From contig CM120643.1 of NCBI GenBank assembly GCA_051362555.1, positions 20,092,848 to 20,156,847 on the forward strand: 64,000 bases of DNA. The letters are read 5' to 3'. Positions 25,401 through 37,914 of the stretch are shown in pieces; positions within the stretch are counted from its first letter, which is position 1; each line of letters starts with the position of its first letter. The notes under the pieces were generated by a model. That model ran no database searches and was not told where the DNA came from. It saw only the letters and a program-made list of their open reading frames with translations. The DNA comes from Lingula anatina. Taxonomy: Eukaryota > Animalia > Brachiopoda. The translations under genes and the position numbers were made by a program.

Positions 25401-28400
25401 TCAATCCAAAAATTTAGGTTAACTTTCCTGAGTTCAATCTGCATGTTCTTGAGAAAAAAAATTCTGCAACTGAGAAAATTTCTAAATAACATTTTCCAGG
25501 TATCACAAAAATAAGATCATTGGGAGAAATTTAGAAAAGAAATTTTCTTTATAATTCGAGTTTTTGCAGTATCAGCTTACTTGAGAATTCTCCCACCTTC
25601 CTCTGCCATGGCAGCAATGCCATCTGGTGGTATGTTCATAAAGTTACTGAGGTCATTGCCACTGCAGTAGTAGTCTCCTGCCCCTGTAACAAAACAGTCA
25701 GGCGTGACATGGATTTCAGTCAATGCGTAACATTGGATTTTAGATAAAAATTTAAACTCAACTGGTCTGGACATTAGACTGTTACCTGATACACTATCCT
25801 GAATTTAAGCTACTTAAATTTTTAATTCTGAATTTGCCTTCAAATTATCTCTTGTCTTATTTAGTCCAGTTTGTGAAAATAACCTTTAGTTACTGACTGC
25901 ATATTGGTAAACTTGCTAAACACTGCAAGTTCTCCTCGTACCTGTGACTACTGCAATTGTTGCATCAGATTCTGCAGCCTCTGCAAGGGCAAGGCCCCAT
26001 TCTTCATACATCTGTAAGAAAAACATCATTATTACAAAAACCATAAATCATTACCAAGCAGATTACCAAGCATGACCTCTGCTGCCCCTCCCCTTTACAG
26101 TCAGTCTTTGATAAAATTAATCAACCACATTATTTATCAGTAAACAAATACATCAATTCAATGCCAGAGTTTAAAATACTTGTTTTTAAATTTCTTTAAT
26201 ATAAAAGGTTAAAGATTGCTTACATTATGCTGATATTAAATTTGTCAATATTCTACCATTCAACATTTCTTCTTTACACAGTCTACTCTACACTGTTGTA
26301 CTCTAATACAGAGTATTTGGTTACAATATATTCTCTCTCTCTCTCTCTCTTTCCTCACCTGATAATTAATAGCATTCTTCTTTTTAGGTCTATTAAGAGT
26401 TATTACAAACATCTTCCCATCTCTGTGTACTGTCAATTCCTTGTACTTCGCTGTCCCTGCAGATTCAGTGTCAGCAACCTGGGGGGAAGTGTCGCCCTCT
26501 GCTGCTGCTAGTCCCTGCACCACCTCTATGTACTTGCTCTTGGCTTCATCCTAGGGCAAAACATATAGGGAAAAGTGGGTTAATGGTGTTGACTCCATCT
26601 TTTCATGGTTGTGGTAAATACTTTTGCAGTGTGTTGGTTAATTCATGGGTTGAGTGGTTAATATGCCATGGGCGTTAGTGATAAAATATCTGCGGGTAGT
26701 GTTAGTAAACGGCAATTTTCATTTAGGAAGCCTGTATCTTGCTATATAATCATGTCAGATGTGGGAGTACCTGAGACATGTCTCCTAAAGTATTCCAAGC
26801 CTCCCACTTGTATTTTCCCACAAAGTCCATCATTCCTGGTTTGGGTGTGTTACATTTGCCAACAGTTGCCTGGAAAATATGTCATTTTACCATTTTATAA
26901 ATTCAGCTTCTTATTAAGACTCAATCATTCTCCATTTTTTCCAGTTCCAAATTGAGATGAAATATCCATATCACTGTAGTTTATTTTTTAACTTAATCTT
27001 AAAACTATATAGAAGTAGCTTATTTTAATACAAGTTGAATTTACAACAACCCCTAAAAGCTCACAGCATTAATAACCCAATATAACTACGAATATTTCTG
27101 TGCTCCAATATATATTTATTGATCATGGAGCAAAGGAACATTCATAGTTTTATTATTAAATTATCCAACATTTTGCCAAATGAAATAGACAGACACCTAC
27201 AGTTACTTTCCCAGTGCTGTTGAAAGTTTTAATATGGAGAAGTCAACAGACCTGTTTGAAGAGTGCATAGATCTGTAACTTGACTTCATTTCCTGGGTCT
27301 TCCTTCAAGGCATTTAGACGTTCTTTAGCACTGACAAAATCTTCATCGAGGCCCATTCTACGTCCACTGCAGAAGAAGGTGCGGATTGCTGTCTGCGGCT
27401 GAACAGCATACCTGTGGATAGGTTAACAGTTAACAAGAAAGTCATTCACTATAAGCAGAATTACTGTCAAATTTTCAATGTGAAAGCATTTGTTTTTCAG
27501 CAAGCCTTTCTTAGATTATCCAAACAGGTTCCACAGGGGCGGATTTAGGCCATCTTCTGGGTCTTCCGGAAGACGGTCAGATTTTAAAGTTTACATTGAC
27601 GGGTATTTAATATTTTCTGTCGGAAGACGGTCAAAAATGGAGGATGGATTAACAAAAATAATTTGGAAGACTGTCAGAAAATATCTCTGGATCCACCCCT
27701 GTTCCATGTGCCTAATTCAGACCATCAGCTGATATTTTTTTCAATGGTAAATTCTGAAGTCAACAGTGAAGGTTTAGATATGCCTTAATCTGCTCACATT
27801 AGAAAAAATAACACTAATTAATAAGAAAAACCCAAATCATCTTATTCTTTGCCTGTCCCCTTTCACAGCTAGAGAATCTGGAAATTCAACCTCTTTCCTT
27901 TTTCCAAATAAATTATTTTATGGAAAGACTGGTTGGAATTACCTAGAGAATGCAAGCTGGAACATGCATAATCAAATTAACACCGACTTGGAGAAAAAAA
28001 CAAACTTACAGTCTCCTTTCTCTTTAATTCAGTCCTGAATTCATAAGGGTTGAATTTATAAGGGGTGTCTTAGAAGGGCCAAAGGCCACAATGACGCTGT
28101 TAAGAGTATATGATTAGTAACAGTACTGTAGATATCAGATAATCACAGGGGGAGATCTCTGAAAATGGGGTAGAGCCTGTGCTCACCTACCCCTTTTTTC
28201 TCACCCTGTACTAGTGCGTGGGCAGTTGTGCGTATTTCTTCCTACTACAAACAAGGTTATAATCGTAAAATCTCAGTTGGATATATGGACAGAAGTGTCT
28301 ACGTTGTTTTTGAGTGCAAGCTGCAAATCAGTGCGAAACTTGGATTTGGGGGAAATTAAAAAACATATATCTAAGAGTTGATATTGAAAACTACAAAAAA

Positions 28401-28499
28401 ACAAAATATATCAGCAAATTTTTCAGTCGATACTGCAACACACCATTTAGTATCCAAACACCTTGCCCGTAGTAAAACTCGTAATGATGAACCAGCCAT
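22420..28499 (-). CDS. ECI2: Enoyl-CoA delta isomerase 2 (ACBP + crotonase domains), 10 exons
   Basis: Minus-strand exons 28499-28444, 27411-27252, 26869-26771, 26550-26359, 26011-25942, 25683-25581, 25163-25043, 24646-24557, 23493-23350, 22575-22420 are in frame. ACBP motifs: [25 protein letters not shown]. Crotonase motifs: [34 protein letters not shown]. Ends in PTS1 -AKL. Confidence 0.95.
23107..23294. mobile_element. MITE of the GCATTCAGAACAG family in an ECI2 intron
   Basis: gagctcattcagaacagcagactaacagatcc...gatcaaatatg pairs with catatttgatctgcggatctgttagtcctctgctctggatgccctc. Confidence 0.7.
24255..24545. mobile_element. PIF/Harbinger-like MITE with TTA target-site duplication in an ECI2 intron
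   Basis: TIR gagcacattcagaacagataatccatggactaa / ttagtccgcagatcatctgttctgaatgtgccc, with TTA on both sides. It ends 11 bp from the exon end at 24557. A partial copy lies at about 17410-17510. Confidence 0.8.
24795..25070. repeat. Tandem repeat of about 62 bp copying an ECI2 exon end plus donor
   Basis: tgtcaaa anchors at 25063, 25001, 24939 and about 24879. Each unit carries a variant of the exon end FDIVYATDT and of the donor. Confidence 0.8.
27534..27701. mobile_element. Non-autonomous DNA element with CAGGGG...CCCCTG termini and 5-bp TSD
   Basis: caggggcggattt ... ggatccacccctg, flanked by TTCCA on both sides. Second copy at 33937-34110. Confidence 0.75.
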
Positions 28500-28541
28500 T
28501 TCTGGGGCACTGCGCAGCCGCAACAATGATTTCCGGTGGAA
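28500..28541. promoter_or_regulatory. 42-bp spacer between the divergent ECI2 and CDYL start codons (bidirectional promoter core)
   Basis: ECI2 ATG at 28499 (-) and CDYL ATG at 28542 (+). Both sit in GAAATGGC, a YY1-like motif. An ETS-like TTCCGG lies between them, and the region is CpG-enriched. Confidence 0.7.
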
Positions 28542-31500
28542 ATGGCGGACTCTGAGGTCTACGAGGTGAGTAAAAAATCTTCCCAAAATCATATTTTGCG
28601 CAATAGATAATAGGCAATGTATATCTCAGTTTTATTATGGTACTCTCATGCATATGTGTATGTAAAATCTTTTGCTGATGATTCAAATTTTACCAGATAT
28701 GGGCGAAATCATTTCCGGCGATGGAATCTGACCTACATTTGATCGTTATAGATCGATTTCACTTTGCGCTTGTTGGCAAGTGGTTTCACAATCCGTTATG
28801 TTTCACATGCGATGCCGCAGGATATGCGGGCTGTTTCTATGTGGCAATTGACGCAGTTATAGATGATATACGTAGAATTCCTAATTACTTTAATTTGGAT
28901 CCTTTATAAATGACTTTTTTAAAGTTCTTTGGGAAAGGCGCAAAAGACTTGCGGCTAAAGTAGTAGTGCAGTCTAGACCCTTTTCTCTATTTTCATTTTC
29001 TGTGTGTCAACAGGTATTTTTCAATTTTTTCTCGTTATGAGTAATTATTGAAATATATATTGGTGTAGAGATTAATATTTTATAAGTTTTTTTGTTTTTT
29101 TTTACTTTGTAAATACCCATAATGGCTGATAATGTGCGATATTTACATGCGCATACGCTTGTCCAAGAAAATTTCGTTTTAGCGCTTTTGCAAATACATT
29201 TTAGTTATTACACACTCAGATATAAATGGTCATTGTGTTTTTGTTGTGTATATGACATGCAACCAATTATATTTAAAAGAGAAAAGTGTTCTGTTGAAAG
29301 GCTTCAAAGAATTAAAGGATGTTGTGTGATTCATCTGTTTAGATTGCTGATCGGCATGATAAAGTCGATAAAGTGTTTGCACCTAGCGCACGTTCATATG
29401 AAAATTCCAGTGCAAAGGCAAATATCATCTATAAATTCCAAAGAGATGAATATTTTCTGAGCATTCCTGTTTAAGCTAATTTTTTTAATTACTTTTCACA
29501 GCTCAAAATAACAACATACTGGTACATGTTTTGTTGAAAGCAAAAGTATCAGGGCATTTTGTTTCATGTCAAATATTTGTCAGCTTGTGGGGGTAATTTG
29601 CTATTTCATCTCAATTTCTTTGTTTTACAGGAATAGCAGTGTGAAGCCAGGGTAAGACTGGACATGCTGCTTGAGCCACATTCTGTTTTAATGCTTGGGT
29701 TACAAAATAAATTTTTTTGACATATTTCTCACATTTTGCCAAGGAACAGTGTACATGTATAATAAAACAGAAATTCAAGCATGTACAATATGAATAGCAT
29801 GATCATGCACTTCTATGTGTATGGGGAATAAGTTCTATTAAAAAACTGAAGCATATGGAAAGGGATAGACAGTTGAGTTATATTTGTAATCCAAGTGTTA
29901 GAATAATATGGCATCCTCACAAAACATTTCCACATTTTCAAACCTAGAACTAGTATTTCACATCAGAAAACTAGAAAATCTTGAAAAAAAAATTTAATGC
30001 ATGTAGATTACCATTTTTTCTTTTTTGTATTTGTTTTTTCTTTGATAGTAATCTTTCTTTTTCTCCTGTGTTGTTTTATAGATAGACTCTTGCCAATAGT
30101 AGTCAAAGGAAGAGAGAAAAAAATAATGACCACTGGGAACATTGGAAAATTAAATTGATCAAATGCTATATAAGTTATATACAGCCATGCAGTCTGGCAT
30201 TGATGTTTTGCCTGTGTACACTTTTTGTCCATCATTATAAGACAATAATGAAGTAGAAAGATCTTGTATACATTTGCCCAGGGCCTTATAATTATAAATA
30301 TCTTTTGAAAATTATATCTTTCGAAATCCAGGTGGTATGCTATCTATTTTTCAGGATGATTAATTTTAATCTTAAATAGCCATTTTGTAAATGTTTTAAA
30401 GATGTTTGATTAATGAGAAATGGGGTAGGGAATTAGGCAAGAAACAGAATTTTTGAACCGTGAAGGCACTTGTTCATCTCATCAATAATTTCATGATTTT
30501 TGTGTTGATCAATTATTATTATTTCTTATTCTTCTTTACTACCTATTTCTACGAGTGTAAGGAAATCTTATTGTGAATTGTGATATTATTTGACAACGTG
30601 ATGTAGTAATTGCAATTTGATATTACAAAAGGTTAAATTTGATTTACTGTTAGATAAATAAATAGGCAGCATTACTATTTTAAATATACTAGGTGAAATT
30701 GTGGGGAAATTGGTCAGTTGTATTCTTTTGTAACATTTTTTATTTACTGTCCAGAATATTATGGGTAGTTTGTTTGTATTGTGCTTCAAATTTGAGTGAT
30801 GCAGTCTTGTGCTGTGAGTGTACTTGAAGCAAAAGTTCACCCTGCGCTATGATACTTTATTTTTAGAATGTATCCTAGCTGGTATGACTACCATCAAAAC
30901 AGTCTGTAATCAGTGAAGGATAATCAAACTTCTTGATGATTTTGTTCACATTGAAAAACTGAAGTAAATCAATTAAAATGGAAAATGTTTTGCATATTCT
31001 TTAACCTAAGTAAATCAGAATATGGTTAGCATTTGGCTAATTTTTTATAAGGGAGCAACCTCAGGCAAAACTTAAAGCCTACATTTGTTTAATAGCTATG
31101 TAGTATATTTCATTAGGCAGAATTATTAGGCCTTATATACCAAGTAGGCATTTGCTAACTCAAGCCTCAGATTTGGGAGCACAAATCCAAATTAATGACA
31201 ATTATCACTTATGAGGCCTGATTAGGCAAATTCCCAGTTACACAAGACATAATTGGCCATGACACATCCTACTGCGAATGATTCACAGAAATGTCAGACC
31301 TACGCTTGGCATATATATATATATATATATAATGAAGTAAAGGATCAAAGACATCTGATAAATTGATCCAACAGGATAAAATGCATTACATACTCTAAAT
31401 TTAGGTATATTTTATATGTAGAATAATTTTCGGTTTCCAGGACAAACAGCAAAAGAAGTATACTGTACTAGATGCAGAGCTTTGATGTGAAATTCACTTG

Positions 31501-32486
31501 TAATGTTATATTTTACTTGATACAGATTTTGGATATGTTCTTTACTAGCAATGTTATATTTTACAGGTAGAACAGATTCTAGCTCGTAGGACGACCAGCA
31601 AAGGCAGGATCGAGTACTTGGTGAGTTGGAAAGGCTTCGACAGTAGCTGGGATACTTGGGAGCCAGTGTCAAACCTTGGTAATTGCATGGACAGAGTCGA
31701 GGCATATAACGACAGAATGGCTGCTGCTCTCATACAACAGAAAGCTCAGTCTGACACCAAGAGAAAAAAACAGCCGTTACATGGCGTGAAACACTCTGAA
31801 AGTGGAATGAAATCTGGTGGTAAAAAACTTTCTAACACCTGTAAAATTATGATAAAAAATGATTACTTAAAAGTGAAAAATAAGGCATCCCAGGGCAATT
31901 CCTCAAAGAAAACTGGGGCCAAGGTACCAGACAAGGCCAAGGGGCATTCTTCACATGGCAAGAAGAAGTCTAGGACAGTGAACAACACATTTGATTCTGA
32001 CAGTGATGATGACTCCGTGAGGTACTCTCTCAGTGTAGATCTCAAGTCAAAAATGGAGGCTAAAAGTGGGAACCAAAAGAAAGGTTCCAAGAATGGGAAA
32101 AAGACAAATACGTCAAGTGCCTCTCTTAAGCAGCAGATGGAGAAGGCCAAAAAGACAGCCTATGAACCAAAGAGTGAAGAGCAAAGAATTTATGACATTA
32201 TAAATAAGAGTGCCAAATATGCCAAAAAATCTCCAGAGAAGGTTCTGCGTTCTGGAAAAAGCATCTTGAATGGCAGAGTTTGCAAAAAACTAAAGCTTGA
32301 GGATGGTGAGACAGGGCATGAGAGCAAGCCTGTGATTGGTCAGACTGGTACTATAGCTGATCACATGGTAATTGATCCAGAGATCTCATTCAAGAGCACA
32401 TCCAGTGTGTCAAGCGGGTCGCCGAAGAGGAGGATTTCTCTTCTGGACAGCTGGCGGGGGAAGAACGGTATTAAGCAAGGTATTGG

Positions 32487-32519
<33 letters not shown>

Positions 32520-35500
32520 CATACATGTGGATTTGCATGCTGTAATATTATCAATGTGTCAAGCAGGGACACCAGTTTCACAGTAACGAGTTACTGAAAG
32601 GCGTCTGTGTAGTTTGATTTTAACCAAAGACAAATTAGAAGATTAGTATGTTGTCTGTCCAGAATGTCATTACAGCTGAAAGAAAGGGGAACTGATTCTA
32701 CAGTCAAAATTGAGTGGAATAGGTACTAATGTGTAGAATTGGCAGCAATGACTGATATAGTTGAGAGTTTCCAGAAAATAATTTTCTCAGCAGTAATAGT
32801 CTCAGTTGGCAGCTTACATTTTCAGTTTTAACTGTAACCACATACATTATTAAGGCAGGAAAATGTGTAAAAGAATTGTTTGTTAAAAAAATATGAAATA
32901 ATTATATTGAATGCTGAATTTTATTTAATTTTGTATAGTATTTATAAAAAACATTGGATGAAACTTGGCATTCAGAATGTTTATTATAATTTCAGAACCC
33001 ATCACTCCATATGGGACACCACCTCAGGGATCAGGACGTCTCACACCCCGCCTGCCTACTCCTATACATCCTGGTAGTGGGGCCAGCTTGTATAGAACAC
33101 CTCCAACGTCTCCGAGGATAGCAAGGTCAAGGTCAAATACACCTACCAGTTTCCGACCTGTGAGTCCAGGCTCTGCTCAGACCCATCACTTTTTGTCGGA
33201 CTTCCCCAAGATCCCAGTTATCCCAGTGTTCTCCAGTAGCCCCTCGACTGCGTCCTACAAGGCTTTTCTTGCCTCACTTCCTAAGAAGTTCTCCAATAAT
33301 AGGAGTCTTAAAAAGAGGTGTACGGACTCAGACAGTGATTCAGACTCAGAAGAAGGGGTGGGAGATGTGCGTCGTCTCAGCGTGCGGCAAAGCGAGTGCG
33401 CATACAAATATAAGGAAATAGTTGTGAAAAAGTGCTTAGGTTACACACAGATCTGGCTTTTCACAAACACTCCAGCAAGAAATGCTCTTAATCCTCAGGT
33501 ACTTTATTACGTCCTGTATATTTTTATGATTATGTTGTTGTACTTTGATCCTGATAAATGTTTTATCTCAGGTGTCAATGCTCTTGTGTATAGTTAGCAA
33601 AAGAATCCATTATTGATTTATGACACTAAGTTTTTATATTTGATAATCTGAAGCTTTTTAGTATTTATTTATTGTTTATTTATTGTTGCAAGACTGAATA
33701 AAAACAAAATGAGGCCATTGCAGGTATTTGAAGAACTCAAACAGGCTTTGTACAATGCCAAGTTTGATGACAGTGGCCTGGTCATGCTGAGTGGGTCTGG
33801 AAACATTTTCTCCTCTGGCGTAGACCTACCCTACCTTCTGACCAATGATAAAAGAATCAGTGCTAGGAAAATGGCAGAAGCCATAAGGTAAACATCATGA
33901 TGAATAAATGAAACATTGACGTGAAGTGGAATTAATCAGGGGCGGATGGAGGCTGTCTTCTGGGTCTTCTGAAAGACAGTCAGAATTTTTCAAGTTACAT
34001 TGATGGGATTTTTTTTTTTTTTTTTTTTTGTCAGAAGACAGTCAAATATGGATAATGGAACAACAAAGATAATTTGGAAGACTCAGAAAATATCTCTGCA
34101 ACCGCCCTTGAGACTTGTATCTGAGCCAGTACACAACTTGTTAGGGGGTAGTATGTTTAATATGTTTAGGTGCAGTGTGCAAGAGGTTTGCTCAGCATTC
34201 AAAGATTTATCATTAATAAATGTGATCTAATAATCGAAGGTTATTGGGGTTATGTTGATTTTTCCCTTTTTGTGCCAATAAAGTATAGAATTGATTTATG
34301 ATGAAATATGTTTGTATATGAAAGCAATATCCAAGAATATTAAATCAGAACATTTCTTTATCTTTACAATTCAGGGAGTTTATCAATGCAATGGTTGCCT
34401 TCCCTAAACCCATAGTGGCGGCAGTGAATGGCCCAGCAGTAGGACTGGGTATGGCCATCCTGCCACTGTGTGATATAGTATATGCCAGCGACAAAGCCTC
34501 CTTCTATGCCCCATATGGCCGCCTTGCTCAAACACCTGAGGGTTGCTCTTCCTTCACTTTTCCCAATGTGATGGGAACGGCTATGGTAAGTTAAAAGGGT
34601 GGATGCTGGAAGCTAAGGTGTAACTTCATAAAGGGCTGTTGAGAACTACTGTAGGTACTTTCTTAATTCAAACATACTGGATTTATTATATTGCCCTAAA
34701 CTGTATGAAACAACTTAGGGGCAGTGAAAAGAGAGTTACGTAATAAGATAAATGCTGATTGTTGAAAGTTTGTGCTATGCAGCAATTAATTTCTGCTACT
34801 AAGGATAGTTTTAATATTACAGAATTTTGTAGTATTTAAAGGAGCATTTGAAACCATTACTGTATTCAAGGCATGCCAGAAAGTTGCATAGAAGATTCTC
34901 TAAACTGCTGTTTCTGGGTTGGAAAATTCTTGAAATGCACAGGATCTCTTCTCTTAGGGACTTATCTGGGGAAAGGGGGGGGAGGAGTAATATTTCCATT
35001 TACTCTTTAATAAAGCTTATTACTAATATCTGTGTTATTTCAGGCCAATGAGCTTCTTCTCGCTGGGCGTAAACTGACTGCCATTGAGGCGTACCAGATA
35101 GGTCTTGTGTCCCAGGTATTCTGGCCCACTTCCATGATGCAGGAGGTGATCCCCAGGGTGGAGAACATGGCAACATATTCAGCAAAGGTACCAAACTTGA
35201 GGCACACTTTGTACTAGGACCTATGCTCTATTAAGAAAAGGATTTAGGTTTTTGAAAATTTAGTTTAGACAGCTACACTTACATAGTTGGCTATATAAAT
35301 AATTTGGGCTGTTTTGAAACTTTTATCTGTGTGTAACCCGATATAGTTGACTCAGATTCTAAGTTGGCTAAACAAGGACCAGTAGATATTGTATTTTGGG
35401 ATATTAACATGGTCACCAAATTCTTCCCTTTTAGTTGTGAATGAAAATTATAGTGAGGAGTTTATTTTATGAACACCATAACCATCAAAGATCACACTGT

Positions 35501-35751
35501 TAATTTAACAAGATGAATGATTTGAATTTGAATAACATTTTCAGATTTTCTGAAAACATCCATTGTATAACTGTTACGAATATTTCCAGGCTTTGGAAGC
35601 TTCGAAACTTTTGATCCACAGCCACCGCCGTGCTAAACTAGAATACACCAATGAGAGTGAGTGTAACATGCTGCAGGAACGCTGGTCCAGCCCTGAGTGT
35701 CAGAAAGCTATGAGGGCCTATCTGGAGGATGAACAGGATCTTCTGTTTTAG
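28542..35751 (+). CDS. CDYL: Chromodomain Y-like protein (chromodomain + crotonase-like domain), 7 exons
   Basis: Exons 28542-28565 (MADSEVYE), 31567-32479 (donor slightly uncertain), 32996-33498, 33724-33887, 34375-34585, 35044-35187, 35590-35751. Chromodomain YE|VEQILARR...EYLVSWKGFDSSWDTWEP. CDYL-typical RRLSVRQSECAYKYKEIVVKK. Crotonase motifs [14 protein letters not shown] and ANELLLAGRKLTA. Confidence 0.92.
33937..34110. mobile_element. Copy of the CAGGGGCGGAT element in a CDYL intron
   Basis: caggggcggatggaggctgtcttctgggtcttc...aatatctctgcaaccgcccttg; collinear with 27534-27701. Confidence 0.7.
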
Positions 35752-37743
35752 ATGAACTATATTTGTGTTTTAGGGTGTGTCAGAGTGACAAGAAAAAGAA
35801 ATGAAATTGGTTTCAGGCTTTAGGATGGAGAGCCACTATATTAAGTGTGTCAAATGGCAGTGGGAATATTCAAAGAAACAACAATTCTCCCATGAAAAAA
35901 GCTTGTTCATGGTCTTAAGATAATAAAATAAAAAAGATATTTGGTCTTTTAAGTCACAAGGAACTGTTTTAACATTTTTTTCTGATGAATTGTATCACCT
36001 GTGTTGCTGGTTTATTGTGTGATATTGAACTGACTATGTCTTGGGTATGAAGATTTATAGTTTCTGTGCTTGGTTGATATTAGAACATGGATAATTCATG
36101 TTGTATTTTAGTTAAAAATTTAACCACAATTGAGATATGTCCCATCTTCTGCTGTGGGGAATGGTTTTCCCAGCAAACCATCCAGCTGTCATTTGGACGG
36201 CCGCCAGAATCACCAGATGGCCTATGTTTTCAAAGATGGCTGGACAGCTTATGGATTTGTTGGAAATATGACAGCTTTAGGCATACTTGGACTCCCTGAA
36301 ATTTTGTAGGAAATTACAGATGGTAATTTTTGACGGCCTGCACCCCCAATCCTAGGAAAAGCCCTGACTGTGATTATGGAGTTTAACCACTGTCTAATCA
36401 TTTGAATTGTAATATGCAACAGTTTTTAGGCCTAATAGCAGACAGAAAAAAAGCAGCACTACAACATAAGAGATATTAAGTTTGTTTGTCTGATCTCTTT
36501 GCTGCCATGACATTAAAAAGGATTTGCTTCATTACTTCCTGAACCCTTCCTTTGAAGGATTTAAGCAAATTTATCGATTAAGCTAGTTTACAAGTGAGAT
36601 ATAAATTTGCCATGACTTTGTTATGTGTGAATGAAATTAATTTTATCTAGAAAAAGAAGTGTTATAAAATATTTTGCTCATGAATGTACAATGATGCTGA
36701 ATTCAGAATTTTTCTGATGTCTGACTGAAAGTGAATAATATGAAATTAGAATATGAAAATAGATGATCAACATAATCATAAAATTATCTGTAATTAATAT
36801 TGGTGCCCTAGTACCTGCCTTTTCTTAAGTAAAAAGATGAATTATGACATGAGATATTTATGTACTTTCATAATTGCCTCAATTTTTTTTTCTTTTTTGA
36901 TACTTTGAAGATTCATATTATTTAGTTACTTGCATGTAATGTTCTTTCCCAGTTCTTCATTCTTTTTTAGTATGATTAACAAAAGGTTGTTTTTGGGAAT
37001 TAAAATTTAATAAGTAATTGCAAAGCCAAATAATTGCTAGATGCATGTCAAAATCATTTACATATTTTCTCATAATCACAGTGACAAATTTAAGATCTTT
37101 TATGGCAAAAGGCCATTATATATATTTTTTTCTTCAAATAAGTTTTTTTGCTGATATGCAAGTTAAGTATGTTATAAAAATAAATTACTGACAGTTTCAT
37201 GTTCAGGGACATTAAGACATTATTATAGTAGAGGTAAAAAAAGGGACCAATTAGCAACAAAATCTAGACGTGTTCACAGTGGCTCCAACTTGATCCATGA
37301 TGGACCTTAGTGACATCAGCAAACAAGTTAATCAGATTTTGACTGCCATTGTACCTAAGAAGTTAAAATTCATGTGAGACATTCTCTTGACATTAGTCTA
37401 TTTTGGGTTAAAGTTAGACCAGTTTTAATTCGGCCTACGAGCAAATATAATAAGGTAGAGTTACAATAAGAGTCACAGGTACTTTTCCCATCAGAGTTTG
37501 GGAGCAGTGTACAAGATGCACACTTTGTAGTTTGGCATATGTTATTTTAAAAGGTATGTTAGTTTGTTCATTTCAAGACTATGTTATATGACCATATCAA
37601 AAGATGCTTTACGTCAAGACTGACTTGTGCAAAGATATTATCCATAAAACAACTGCAGCAATTAAACAGGCAGCTAGTGAAGGATGCACAGAAAAGCAAA
37701 GTTTGAGGCAACATAAATCAACGCAAAAGTTTGGCATCAGTAG

Positions 37744-37914
37744 CAGGCCCGTAGCCAGCAATTTCAGAGGGGGGATTCATTTCTGAAAAAGTGGAACTTT
37801 TACCAGAAAATCCTCAAGTACATATATCAAATTTTACCCAAAGTGGACCTTTTCCCAGCAAAAAGGGTGGTTCTTTCTAACCCCCCCCTCAACCCTCCCC
37901 TGGCTACGGGCCTG
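37744..37914. mobile_element. MITE with CAGGCCCGTAGCCAG TIR and 5-bp TSD
   Basis: caggcccgtagccag ... ctggctacgggcctg, flanked by AGTAG on both sides. Confidence 0.85.

Noticed and set aside
31618-32586. 322-aa chromodomain ORF as a chromovirus or standalone HP1-like gene
   Set aside because: It splices in frame to an upstream MADSEVYE exon and to downstream crotonase exons. No integrase or RT is present.
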